NCBI GenBank assembly: GCA_947258755.1
Contig: CAMYJO010000003.1
Span: 50,871 to 114,870 of the forward strand
Source of the DNA: an uncultured Gammaproteobacteria bacterium
GTDB lineage: Bacteria; Pseudomonadota; Gammaproteobacteria; JAADHQ01
Length of the DNA stretch: 64,000 bases
Direction: 5' to 3'
A program made the translations under genes and the position numbers. Shown here in pieces: positions 8,751-17,659 of this stretch. The number at the start of each line of letters is the position of its first letter. The stretch's first letter is position 1. Under the pieces are notes generated by a model, which was given only the letters and a program-made list of their open reading frames with translations, searched no databases and was not told where the DNA came from.

Positions 8751-9170
8751 CTAGTGAATGTGACTCGCTGAATCTTCTTCAGAATCTTCTGCGCTATGTA
8801 CCATCATGATCAGGTCGGCCTCACCGCGACTAAGCTTGCATACGGCCATCAGATCTTCGACTTTAGAGCCTTGATGCACCATACGAATAGCCTGCTCATA
8901 GGGCCGTTCTGCTTGCCTGTTGTTTTCGAGCTGCTCCTGCCGTTCAACCAGTCTGCGCGTGCGCGCTTCGAGTTGATGAATGCGTGAATCGTTACCGACA
9001 GCGCCGGCGAATAAACCTTGACTATCGTTATACAGTTTTTCTATTTTCTGACTCTGTGCGTTGAGTTTGTCATGCATACGCTTTAGTTTGCGTTGCCCGT
9101 AAAACATCAGGGTCAACATAAGGACAGACATCAGTAAAAAAATCAGTAACTGTATATTTTCCAACATCAT
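8751..9170 (-). CDS. DUF2802-family protein (conserved downstream of cheW in polar-flagellum clusters)
   Basis: The 139-aa ORF has an N-terminal TM helix, a coiled-coil, and a C-terminal KLSRGEADLIMMV helix-turn-helix-like motif. A GAGGA RBS precedes the ATG. Confidence 0.6.
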   Translation of the reverse strand: MMLENIQLLIFLLMSVLMLTLMFYGQRKLKRMHDKLNAQSQKIEKLYNDSQGLFAGAVGNDSRIHQLEARTRRLVERQEQLENNRQAERPYEQAIRMVHQGSKVEDLMAVCKLSRGEADLIMMVHSAEDSEEDSASHIH

Positions 9171-9178
9171 CCTATCCT

Positions 9179-9355
9179 CTATACATATTCATCGATATGA
9201 CCATCATCATTTTTTCGTGCCTTATCGTCTTTTTCCGACTGTTCCTTTTTAGCACGCTCTTCTTCAGCATCACGACGTTTCTTTTTCGGTTCTCGCTGTT
9301 CAGGCCGCGTTGGCCATAATGGTTTTACCGGATTAATATTAGGCACATCATCCAT
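9179..9355 (-). CDS. Possible small ORF (58 aa, Lys/Glu/Asp-rich) not in the ORF track
   Basis: ATG at 9353-9355 gives MDDVPNINPVKPLWPTRPEQREPKKKRRDAEEERAKKEQSEKDDKARKNDDGHIDEYV, with the stop at 9179-9181. No clear SD is present. It fills the cheW-DUF2802 gap. Confidence 0.25.
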   Translation of the reverse strand: MDDVPNINPVKPLWPTRPEQREPKKKRRDAEEERAKKEQSEKDDKARKNDDGHIDEYV

Positions 9356-9370
9356 CTGTGCATTACCATG

Positions 9371-9847
9371 TTAATAGCTTTCTATATCCTGCCATTCTTC
9401 ATCAGATAGCAGTTTGTTAATGTCGATCAGGATCAGCAATTCGCCTTCCAGCGTTGCCACACCTTCAATATATTTTGAACTCTCGTCATTACCCACATTC
9501 GGCGATGTCTCGACCTGGTCGCGTTTCAGGTCTACCACCTCGGCGACACTATCAACCAGGATACCGACGACATTGTCATCCGATTCCAGTATGACAATAC
9601 GTGTCGAATCATCGTTTTCCGTCAGCGGTAAGCCAAAACGGGAGCGGGTATTGATGACGGTGACGACATTGCCACGCAAATTGATGATGCCCATGACATA
9701 ATCTGGCGCTCCCGGAACCGGTGCTATTTCTGAAACACGTAGCACTTCCTGGACCTGCATCACGCGGATACCATAGGTTTCATTATCCAGTTTAAATGTA
9801 ACCCATTGTATTACATGGTCAAATTCAGTATCCACAGCCTGATTCAT
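9371..9847 (-). CDS. cheW: Chemotaxis coupling protein CheW
   Basis: The 158-aa ORF has a canonical CheW fold sequence (YGIRVMQVQEVLRVSEIAPVPGAPDYVMGIINLRGNVVTVIN). Confidence 0.9.
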   Translation of the reverse strand: MNQAVDTEFDHVIQWVTFKLDNETYGIRVMQVQEVLRVSEIAPVPGAPDYVMGIINLRGNVVTVINTRSRFGLPLTENDDSTRIVILESDDNVVGILVDSVAEVVDLKRDQVETSPNVGNDESSKYIEGVATLEGELLILIDINKLLSDEEWQDIESY

Positions 9848-10022
9848 AAGCCTATCCTCTTCTTACTTCAGTAATAACGGTGAATAAATTCAGTGATTCC
9901 GACCCTTTCACCTTAGTCAGAATCCTGTCACCGTAATCGGTTATACAGTAATAATGCAGAATCCATGCCATTTGTGGCCGGTCTGCGCCAGATCGATCAA
10001 TAACTATAGCCTGGGCCTTCGC

Positions 10023-10709
10023 CTAGGCCCCTTCAGTCAATATCCGCGCCATGACATCAGTATCCAGTAACGCGCACAGCCGTTCCGAGATCGTCCCTGC
10101 CAGCCATGGACGGCGACCAGCCTCGGTGCGCCAACGCACATCTTGCGCCTGCAGGGTGATCACCTCACCGATATCATCACAGGCCAGGCCCCAACGTCCT
10201 TCGTCCATTAACATGATTTTGTTAATACGTTCCTCAGCGGTTGCGACCTGTTGCAGCTGTGCCTGTGGCAAAATCACCTGCGCGGTATCCATGATCTTCA
10301 CATTTTGACCCAGGTGCCGCAGTAGTCCCAGAAAAGCAGCACTATGTCCGGGCATCGGGGTTAAGCTATTGTCCCAGGGAATCACCCCGTTCAATTTCAC
10401 CAAGGGCACGGCCAGACTAATCCCGACCACCTTGAACATCAGGCATTGAAACTCCTGTTCGGCCCAGTCTGGTGCTCCTTTGACCTTCGGTTTTGTCTGA
10501 GCCTGCTCAAGGTTTTCTTCCTTGTCTGTTGCCAGGTCCGGCTGCGCTTGCTGTGCTGGCTCAGACTGTTGCGGAAATGCAGTAATAACATTATCCGGAA
10601 TCTCATCAGGTACTGTCTCTGGTACTTCCAACAACAGGTCTTCGAGGTATGACATTACCGCGCCTTGTTGTTCCATCAGTTTTGCATCTTTGTTATCTGC
10701 GCGACTCAT
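10023..10709 (-). CDS. ParP-like CheW-domain protein (polar chemotaxis-array localisation partner of ParC)
   Basis: The 228-aa ORF has an acidic/Pro-rich N-terminus followed by a CheW-like domain (FKVVGISLAVPLVKLNGVIP...LLRHLGQNVKIMD). It sits between the ParA-like gene and cheW, as PA1463 does in P. aeruginosa and ParP does in V. cholerae. Confidence 0.7.
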   Translation of the reverse strand: MSRADNKDAKLMEQQGAVMSYLEDLLLEVPETVPDEIPDNVITAFPQQSEPAQQAQPDLATDKEENLEQAQTKPKVKGAPDWAEQEFQCLMFKVVGISLAVPLVKLNGVIPWDNSLTPMPGHSAAFLGLLRHLGQNVKIMDTAQVILPQAQLQQVATAEERINKIMLMDEGRWGLACDDIGEVITLQAQDVRWRTEAGRRPWLAGTISERLCALLDTDVMARILTEGA

Positions 10710-11500
10710 GCTCTTACCGCCCTTTTCGTTAAGCTCTTATCTACAAGAATGTCATCCAGCAACGCCGAATAAGCGCGTGCGCCACGCGTACTGACCCGAT
10801 AATGACTTATCGGCTTACCCTCACGACTGGATTCCCGAAAGCGGGTATCTATCGGAATCATTGAATGCCATAAACGATCCGGGTACGTATCGCGTAAAAA
10901 TTGTAAACTCTCTACAGAAGCTCGTGTACGCTTGTCATACATAGTTGGAACAATCGTATAGGCAATGTTGATCGACTTCGCTCGTTCAACCATCTGCAGC
11001 GTATTCAACATACGCTCAAGCCCCTTCATGGCCAGGAATTCGGTCTGCACCGGTATAATTAAATGATCGCAGGCGGCCAAGGCATTCACCATTAACACCC
11101 CCAGCATCGGCGGACAATCAATAAAGATATGATCATAGTGGTCTGATAAATGCTTTACCGCATTGACAACGGCCAGACCCATACCACTTTTAGCGCCTAG
11201 TTGTTTATCCAGTGTGGCGATGGCCGTTGACGCAGGCAAGATATCCAGGTTTTGCAATTTAGTATGACGGATGATCGATTGCGTAAACGCCAGGTCTGTC
11301 TTGCCGGCCTGGAATATATCGTACAGACTGGGTTGAATACTTTCAGGATCAAAACCAAAATAGGATGTCAGTGAACCGTGCGGGTCCATATCAATCAGCA
11401 AGGTTCGTGAGCCATGCAGGACACTCAGACCGGCCAGCGACACGGCCGTCGTTGTCTTGCCGACACCCCCTTTCTGGTTAGCAACACTCCAGATTTTCAT
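10706..11500 (-). CDS. ParC-like ParA/MinD-family ATPase of the chemotaxis cluster
   Basis: The 264-aa ORF has a deviant Walker A (KGGVGKTT). Its ATGA start overlaps the motB stop. Confidence 0.8.
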   Translation of the reverse strand: MKIWSVANQKGGVGKTTTAVSLAGLSVLHGSRTLLIDMDPHGSLTSYFGFDPESIQPSLYDIFQAGKTDLAFTQSIIRHTKLQNLDILPASTAIATLDKQLGAKSGMGLAVVNAVKHLSDHYDHIFIDCPPMLGVLMVNALAACDHLIIPVQTEFLAMKGLERMLNTLQMVERAKSINIAYTIVPTMYDKRTRASVESLQFLRDTYPDRLWHSMIPIDTRFRESSREGKPISHYRVSTRGARAYSALLDDILVDKSLTKRAVRA

Positions 11501-12627
11501 GGTGTCACCTCCTCACTGCTAGCAGCCGGTACACGCAGTCCCTCGATGGGCTCTCTACCTATATGAGGACCGTCTGTATTGGCACCGGTAGTCTGTTGTA
11601 TTCCTGTCTGTGCTGGCTCGGTAACCGGCAACGGCTGATCAAAACTGTCGCCACCTGGCTGTGCTGATGTGGCATTAAAGAACCTGTTTTCACCCACTGG
11701 CGAGCCAAGGATCGCCGGGCTATTGTCGCTTACACTGCCGCGTATGCCTTCGCTGTCTGCCGGTCTGGCCGGTTCGTCAAAGGTGATGCCGCGGTCCAAA
11801 CGTTCGCCCAGCTTCTCGATAGCATCCAGCACCTGCGCCTTGTCTTTCAATACCGGCACAAAAATGACAACACGGCGATTGGCCTGTCGGCCTTCTGCAG
11901 TCGCATTATCTGCTTCCGGCCGATACTCACCAAAGCCTGTTGCAGACAAGCGTGCCGGCGACATACCGAGTTGGCTTAATAACTGCACGACACTGGCCGC
12001 CCGAGCAGCTGAAAGCTGCCAGTTGGACGGAAAAATTGTGCTTTGAATCGGCACATTGTCGGTATATCCCTGCACATTGACCTCATGCGGGAAAGGCATT
12101 AATACTGCTGCCAGTTTAGCCATGATCGGCCTGGCATTCTCAGACAGCTCAGCCTCACCACTATTGAAAAGAATACTGGTACTGATCTCGATCTCGATAC
12201 CGAACTCATTGGTATTGACCTTGATCAAACCTTTGTCGGTTATTTCCGCCACGGCAGCGCGTAAGCCATCGAACAGAACCTGCAATGGTTTATCGCCGGC
12301 TTCCTTGACCTCACCTGTACGCGGCTTAGGCACAGGTGCTGGCGTATCCGAGCGATCTATGACCACTGGCCGTTTAATAAACTCGACAGATTTTGGATCA
12401 CCACTGCGTTTGATCTCGCCAACCTGGATAGGATCAAGCGTATGTGCTGGCAGGCTAAAGGCTTGCGTTAGCGACTCAGACAACACCCGATACTTACCTT
12501 CATTAACAGACGAGACCGCATACATAACAACAAAGAACGCAAACAACAAGGTAATAAAATCAGCATACGACACCATCCACCTTTCCTGGTTGTCTGCAGT
12601 GATTGTATGACTTCGTTTGCGTGACAT
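11497..12627 (-). CDS. motB: Flagellar stator protein MotB family (MotD-like), OmpA-type peptidoglycan-binding C-terminus
   Basis: The 376-aa ORF starts WMVSYADFITLLFAFFVVMYAVSS (MotB TM/plug). Its C-terminus is OmpA-like (GYTDNVPI...). Confidence 0.85.
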   Translation of the reverse strand: MSRKRSHTITADNQERWMVSYADFITLLFAFFVVMYAVSSVNEGKYRVLSESLTQAFSLPAHTLDPIQVGEIKRSGDPKSVEFIKRPVVIDRSDTPAPVPKPRTGEVKEAGDKPLQVLFDGLRAAVAEITDKGLIKVNTNEFGIEIEISTSILFNSGEAELSENARPIMAKLAAVLMPFPHEVNVQGYTDNVPIQSTIFPSNWQLSAARAASVVQLLSQLGMSPARLSATGFGEYRPEADNATAEGRQANRRVVIFVPVLKDKAQVLDAIEKLGERLDRGITFDEPARPADSEGIRGSVSDNSPAILGSPVGENRFFNATSAQPGGDSFDQPLPVTEPAQTGIQQTTGANTDGPHIGREPIEGLRVPAASSEEVTP

Positions 12628-12651
12628 TGTTATGCATATCCAAAAATAGAT

Positions 12652-13407
12652 TTAGTACAGCAAATAACCTTGTAATTTGATCTCAATATTTCTTGGGTTT
12701 TCACCTTCAGCAATTGAGCTAACACCATCCATGACCATTTCATGGTAACGTGTCTGCGTACTGACCAGGGATTTCAGCTTGTTCGATACTGGCAAAAAAA
12801 ACAGGTTAGCCAGTCCAACACCATAAATTGTAGCGACAAAGGCAACCGCGATACCGGCACCAAGGGCCGCAGGATCAGCGAGGTTATTCATGACGTGAAT
12901 CAAACCCATGACAGCACCAATAATGCCTATCGTCGGCGAATAACCACCCATGGCTTCGTACACCTTTGCCGCATTCATTTGTGACTCATCCATGCTATCG
13001 ATATCAACCTCCAGCACATTGCGTATCGTTTCCGGCTCACTGCCATCGACCAATAATTGCAGCGCCTTCCTGGAAAAATCATGTTGCTCCTTCTCTGCAA
13101 TCGTTTCTAATCCGAGCAGGCCTTGCTTGCGTGCGACTTGACTCCAACTGACAATCTTTCGGATTGTAGCCTCTGCATCGACAGTCGGCGGTGTGAACAC
13201 CCAGCGAAACATGCGCATTGCACGATAAAAAGTGGGCCGCTGGGTCTGCACCATAATCGCGCCCAAGGTTCCGCCAAGGACAATAACCAACGCCGTTAAT
13301 TGCACCAGGGTCTGGGTCTTACCACCTTCCAGTATGTTGCCACCGACAATGGCAGCTATTGCCACCAGCAAGCCCAACATCGTCAATGTGTCAAAAGCCT
13401 TAAACAT
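12652..13407 (-). CDS. motA: Flagellar stator protein MotA/PomA family (MotC-like)
   Basis: The 251-aa ORF has four TM segments. Its start overlaps the cheB stop. Confidence 0.85.
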   Translation of the reverse strand: MFKAFDTLTMLGLLVAIAAIVGGNILEGGKTQTLVQLTALVIVLGGTLGAIMVQTQRPTFYRAMRMFRWVFTPPTVDAEATIRKIVSWSQVARKQGLLGLETIAEKEQHDFSRKALQLLVDGSEPETIRNVLEVDIDSMDESQMNAAKVYEAMGGYSPTIGIIGAVMGLIHVMNNLADPAALGAGIAVAFVATIYGVGLANLFFLPVSNKLKSLVSTQTRYHEMVMDGVSSIAEGENPRNIEIKLQGYLLY

Positions 13408-14500
13408 AACTCACAATCTGTTTACTGACATCCTGCAGTGGCAGAACTTTCTCGGCCAGGCCGGCTTCAACAACGGCCATCGGCATGCCATAGATGACAC
13501 TGGTCTCTTCATCCTGGGCCCAAATGGTTGAACCACCCTGTTTAAGTAACTTGGCACCTTCGCGTCCGTCTGCGCCCATACCAGTAAGGATAATGGCCAG
13601 GGTATTCGCCGGCACCACCTTGGCAATGGATGTCAATGTCATATCAACGCAAGGCTTATAGCTTTGACTAGGATCGCTCTCATGTATGCGTACACGCAAC
13701 ACATCGCCACGACCCTCGATGGTCATTTGTTTACCACCTGGAGCCAATAAAGCCAGACCAGGCTGCAGTTGATCGCCGTCCTTGGCCTCGCGAATATTAA
13801 TTTCGCTCATCTGGTCCAGGCGCTTGGCAAAGGCCTGTGTAAATGACCCTGGCATATGCTGCACAACGACAATAGGTAGCGGGAAGTTGCCCGGTAAAGT
13901 AGTCAATACCTCTTGTAATGCAATCGGGCCTCCAGTGGAGGCACCAATGGCAACCAGTTTACTTTGGGATTTACCTCCGGATACCGCCGAGCGCGCTACT
14001 CTTGTCGCTGCAGAAGCAGGTGTTTGATTCGTGCGAGCAGCTATTCGGGAGGCCGCTGTGCCGCTCCCTGAAGATGGCGCTGGCGCCTTCTTTTTCGGTA
14101 ATCCACGGATACCGATAGACCAGACCCTGGAACAAAGTATTTTAGCTACTTCATCACGATTATTTGATAACTCATCGAAATTTTTTGGTAGGAAATCGAC
14201 TGCACCCGCATCCAGTGCATCAAATGTGGATTGTGCGCCTTCATGCGTCAACGAAGAAAACATTAAAATCGGGATCGGTGAAATGGACATAATGCGACGA
14301 ACGGCAGTAATACCATCCATCACAGGCATTTCTATATCCATGGTGATTACATCTGGCTTTAACTCCTGCGCTTGCTTGATCGCCTCGCGTCCATTAGCTG
14401 CGCTACCGACAACCTCGATGCGAGCATCTACCTTCAACATTTCCGTCACACGGCGTCGAAAAAATCCCGAATCGTCTACAACCAATACACGTACAGACAT
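13400..14500 (-). CDS. cheB: Chemotaxis methylesterase/response regulator CheB
   Basis: The 366-aa ORF has a REC domain (VLVVDDSGFFRR...MDIEMPVMDG) and a CheB methylesterase domain (GASTGGP..., HMPGSFT). Confidence 0.9.
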   Translation of the reverse strand: MSVRVLVVDDSGFFRRRVTEMLKVDARIEVVGSAANGREAIKQAQELKPDVITMDIEMPVMDGITAVRRIMSISPIPILMFSSLTHEGAQSTFDALDAGAVDFLPKNFDELSNNRDEVAKILCSRVWSIGIRGLPKKKAPAPSSGSGTAASRIAARTNQTPASAATRVARSAVSGGKSQSKLVAIGASTGGPIALQEVLTTLPGNFPLPIVVVQHMPGSFTQAFAKRLDQMSEINIREAKDGDQLQPGLALLAPGGKQMTIEGRGDVLRVRIHESDPSQSYKPCVDMTLTSIAKVVPANTLAIILTGMGADGREGAKLLKQGGSTIWAQDEETSVIYGMPMAVVEAGLAEKVLPLQDVSKQIVSYV

Positions 14501-14511
14501 TCATTTTGTCC

Positions 14512-14742
14512 TTAGCGATTCGTATGTGCCCGCATCAAGCTTGGTACGTCAAGTATCAAAGCTATACGGCCATCACCAGTGATTGTTGCACCGGCAAACC
14601 CATCAAGACCATGCAACAAATGGCCTAACGGTTTAATAACCACTTCTTCCTGACCTACAACCGTCAACCACATTGGTCTTGAAGGATTCAAGATGGAAAA
14701 TCTCATTAACACTGGACAAAGGCAGGGCGAAATTACGCGCAC
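14512..14742 (-). other. CheA P5-domain C-terminal remnant in the +1 frame relative to cheA
   Basis: The 76-aa ORF contains VVGQEEVVIKPLGHLLHGLDGFAGATITGDGRIALILDVPSLM, the conserved end of the CheA CheW-like domain. It is out of frame with the 14633..16411 ORF. Confidence 0.7.
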
Positions 14743-16411
14743 CGACCTTAACCATCAATGTCGGCAGGATAGCCAATGTCAAAGGCAATTTAATACTGAG
14801 CGTCGTACCACTTCCCAGGGTTGAATCGATATCAATTGAACCATTCAATTGTGCAATACGCGTCTTCACCACGTCCATGCCGACGCCGCGTCCTGAGACG
14901 TCAGAAATTTCTGTTTTCGTTGAGAAGCCGGGATGGAAAATCAATTCGTAACATTCTTTATCTTCCAAACGCGCCGCGCTTTCACTGTCCATCAGGCCTT
15001 TTTCAACAGCCTTTTCCCTGAGCACATCCGGGTCCATCCCCGCACCATCATCGGTAATCATCAACAGGATGTGGTCGCCCTCCTGGGCTGCAGACAAAAC
15101 AACGGTACCGGCACGCGGTTTACCGTTCTCATCGCGTTTATCTGGCATCTCTATACCATGATCGACCGAGTTGCGCACCAGATGCACTAATGGGTCGGCC
15201 AAGGCCTCGACCAGGTTTTTATCCAAATCTGTTTCTTCACCAACCAGTTCCAGATTAACTTCTTTTTTCAGGCTGCGAGCCAGATCGCGTACCACGCGTG
15301 GGAAACGTCCGAACACCTTTTTGATAGGCTGCATACGCGTCTTCATCACGGCTGATTGCAGATCGGATGTCACTATATCCAGGTTGGAAACCGCTTTGGA
15401 AACCTGTTCGTCGTTCATGGCCTCCTTCAGCGTATGCAGGCGATTACGCACCAACACCAACTCACCGACCATATTCATAATGTCATCAAGCCGGCGTGTA
15501 TCCACACGTACGGTTGCCTCAGCAACCGGTTTTGCAGGCTGCTTGGTCGCTCCGGCATCTTTCGCATCAGCTTTACTGGCCACCTTTTTAACAGGCGCTT
15601 TTTTCTCAGGCTTTTTCTCAGCAGCAGGCTCGGGTGCTGCAGCAGCTGGTTTATCTGCCGCTGCTTTGCTGCTTGGCGCTTTGCCACTACCATGCATTTG
15701 ATCCAGCATATTTTCAAATTCATCGTCTGAAATCTCATCAGAAGCTGGAGCTTTGTTATCTTCTTTTTTCGCCGCTGCGGCCGGTTTATCGCCCTCACCT
15801 TGCAACTGATCCAGCAGGGCCTCAAACTCATCATCAGAAATTTCATCCGATCCGGCCTTGTCTTCGGTAGCAGGTTTCGCTGCCTTTTTGTCAGCTTGTA
15901 CAGTATCCAGCAAGGCCTCAAATTCATCGTCGGTAATATCGCCTTCGGAAGATTCCTCAGCACTTTCCGCCTGCGCCGGCTCTGGTTCCGGGGCCACTTC
16001 TGCCACTGGCTCTGCGTCGTCGGATTCATTGGTCATTTTTTCCAACGCAACCAATAATTCATCGGAGGCCGCTGTAGGCTCCTCGCCCGAGGTGATTTCT
16101 TCAAACTGGCCGTTTAGGATATCGAGCACTTCAAGGAAACGGTCCATCATGCTCGCATCGAGGACGGTTTCTCCTGTGCGTAACACATTGAATACGTCTT
16201 CCGCCCTGTGGCAGACTGCCACCATCGGATCCAGCCCGAGAAAGCCTGCGCCACCCTTGATGGTATGAAAACCGCGAAATACCGCGTTAATCATATCCAG
16301 GTCTTCTGCGTTTTGTTCAAGCTCTACGAGCTGCTCATTCAGCTGCTCAAGGATCTCCCCTGCTTCTACGAGGAAGTCCTGTAATATTTCGTCATCCGCT
16401 TCAATTGCCAC
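14633..16411 (-). CDS. cheA: Chemotaxis histidine kinase CheA; the reading frame ends prematurely inside the P5 domain (see finding)
   Basis: It has a P1 HPt domain (FRGFHTIKGGAGF) and an acidic linker with three DDEFE(A/N)(L/M)LD repeats. It has P3/P4 HATPase domains and the start of P5 (MVKVGARNFALPLSSVNEIFHLESFKTNVVDG), then 8 codons and a stop. Confidence 0.8.
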   Translation of the reverse strand: MAIEADDEILQDFLVEAGEILEQLNEQLVELEQNAEDLDMINAVFRGFHTIKGGAGFLGLDPMVAVCHRAEDVFNVLRTGETVLDASMMDRFLEVLDILNGQFEEITSGEEPTAASDELLVALEKMTNESDDAEPVAEVAPEPEPAQAESAEESSEGDITDDEFEALLDTVQADKKAAKPATEDKAGSDEISDDEFEALLDQLQGEGDKPAAAAKKEDNKAPASDEISDDEFENMLDQMHGSGKAPSSKAAADKPAAAAPEPAAEKKPEKKAPVKKVASKADAKDAGATKQPAKPVAEATVRVDTRRLDDIMNMVGELVLVRNRLHTLKEAMNDEQVSKAVSNLDIVTSDLQSAVMKTRMQPIKKVFGRFPRVVRDLARSLKKEVNLELVGEETDLDKNLVEALADPLVHLVRNSVDHGIEMPDKRDENGKPRAGTVVLSAAQEGDHILLMITDDGAGMDPDVLREKAVEKGLMDSESAARLEDKECYELIFHPGFSTKTEISDVSGRGVGMDVVKTRIAQLNGSIDIDSTLGSGTTLSIKLPLTLAILPTLMVKVGARNFALPLSSVNEIFHLESFKTNVVDGCRSGRSGY

Positions 16412-16422
16412 TGATTATCCCC

Positions 16423-17184
16423 TTAAAATCCCAGGCTTGACAACAGGTCATCGACATCGTCCTGTCCGTCTACAGTTTCACTTGCATGCGCCACTCCCGG
16501 CACGACTGGCCCTTCCGCAACAATGTCTCGGACATTGTCATTGCCTTTTTTACTGCTTTCTTCGGCCTTAGCTTGGGCACCACCAGACATTTTAATTAAA
16601 TCAACCAGGCCTTCCTCGACATCGTGCACGAGTGTAATCACGGTCCTGATTATTTGCCCTGTGAGATCTTGGAAGCCCTGCGCCATCAGTATGTCATTCA
16701 ACCGCTCATGCAGGACAACGGTGCCCTCAGAAATCTTCGGGAAAAATTCATCCAGATCTCTTGATAACTCACGAAACTCATCTGCAGTCAATTTTCTATT
16801 CTTGAATTTGTCCCAACGTGACTGTAATTCTAGCGATGATGCCTTGATGTCATCAGACAGCGGGATGGCATCTTCAACAGCATTCAGTGTTTTTTCTGCA
16901 GCTTCCTCGGTCATGCTGATAACATGATTCAGCCGCTCCTTGGCATCCGGAATTTCGGTCTCGGCCAGACCGGCCATTTTAGAGTCAAGTTTGAAATTAT
17001 TTAAGGAATCATGCAGTTCACGCGTCAATTTACCCATTTCACAAAATAGATCCATCTCACGCATACTGGCTATTTCATCCATGATAGCCCGCGCACTGGA
17101 TTCATCGCCCGATTCAATACTATCGATCAATTCATGTGCACGACCTAATGTCGTATCATTTATCACTGACTTAGAGTCACTCAT
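16423..17184 (-). CDS. cheZ: CheY-P phosphatase CheZ
   Basis: The 253-aa ORF has the C-terminal CheY-binding peptide DDVDDLLSSLGF and the conserved DLTGQ catalytic region. Confidence 0.85.
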   Translation of the reverse strand: MSDSKSVINDTTLGRAHELIDSIESGDESSARAIMDEIASMREMDLFCEMGKLTRELHDSLNNFKLDSKMAGLAETEIPDAKERLNHVISMTEEAAEKTLNAVEDAIPLSDDIKASSLELQSRWDKFKNRKLTADEFRELSRDLDEFFPKISEGTVVLHERLNDILMAQGFQDLTGQIIRTVITLVHDVEEGLVDLIKMSGGAQAKAEESSKKGNDNVRDIVAEGPVVPGVAHASETVDGQDDVDDLLSSLGF

Positions 17185-17204
17185 TTATTATTCCCCTGAA
17201 GGTT

Positions 17205-17594
17205 TTATGCGCTCTCAAGCCGCTCAAAGATTTTGTCAATCTTTTCTTTAAGTGTGGCCGCTGTAAATGGCTTGACGATATAGCCGTTGACGCCCGCTTG
17301 CGCAGCCTCGACTATCTGGTCGCGTTTCTGTTCCGCCGTCACCATCAGCACAGGCAATGAGGAGAGCTTTGCGTCTGCTCGGACCGCCTTGAGTAATTCA
17401 ATACCGGTCATGCCTGGCATGTTCCAGTCAGTGACAAGAAAGTCGAATTCATTTGCCTGAAGTATTGGTAAGGCAGTCTTACCATCATCTGCTTCTTGTG
17501 TGTTGTTAAAACCCAGCTCTCGCAACAGATTTTTTATAATGCGACGCATTGTTGAAAAGTCATCAACAATCAGGATTTTCATATTCGTGTCCAA
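17205..17594 (-). CDS. cheY: Chemotaxis response regulator CheY
   Basis: The sequence [19 protein letters not shown]...[11 protein letters not shown] is a CheY signature. The TTG start has AGGAGG 5 nt upstream, and the alternative ATG (MKILIV) is at 17582. Confidence 0.9.
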   Translation of the reverse strand: MDTNMKILIVDDFSTMRRIIKNLLRELGFNNTQEADDGKTALPILQANEFDFLVTDWNMPGMTGIELLKAVRADAKLSSLPVLMVTAEQKRDQIVEAAQAGVNGYIVKPFTAATLKEKIDKIFERLESA

Positions 17595-17659
17595 AACAAC
17601 CTCCTAACAAGGAAACTAAACCGCTAATTAACCTCTAAAGACCTGATACCTTAGGCATC

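Noticed and set aside
10806-10813. Perfect GCCGATAA sigma28 -10 box (minus strand) inside the parC-like gene, upstream of parP-like/cheW.
   Set aside because: No acceptable -35 (TAAAGTTT-like) sits at the required 11-12 nt spacing. It is possibly fortuitous.
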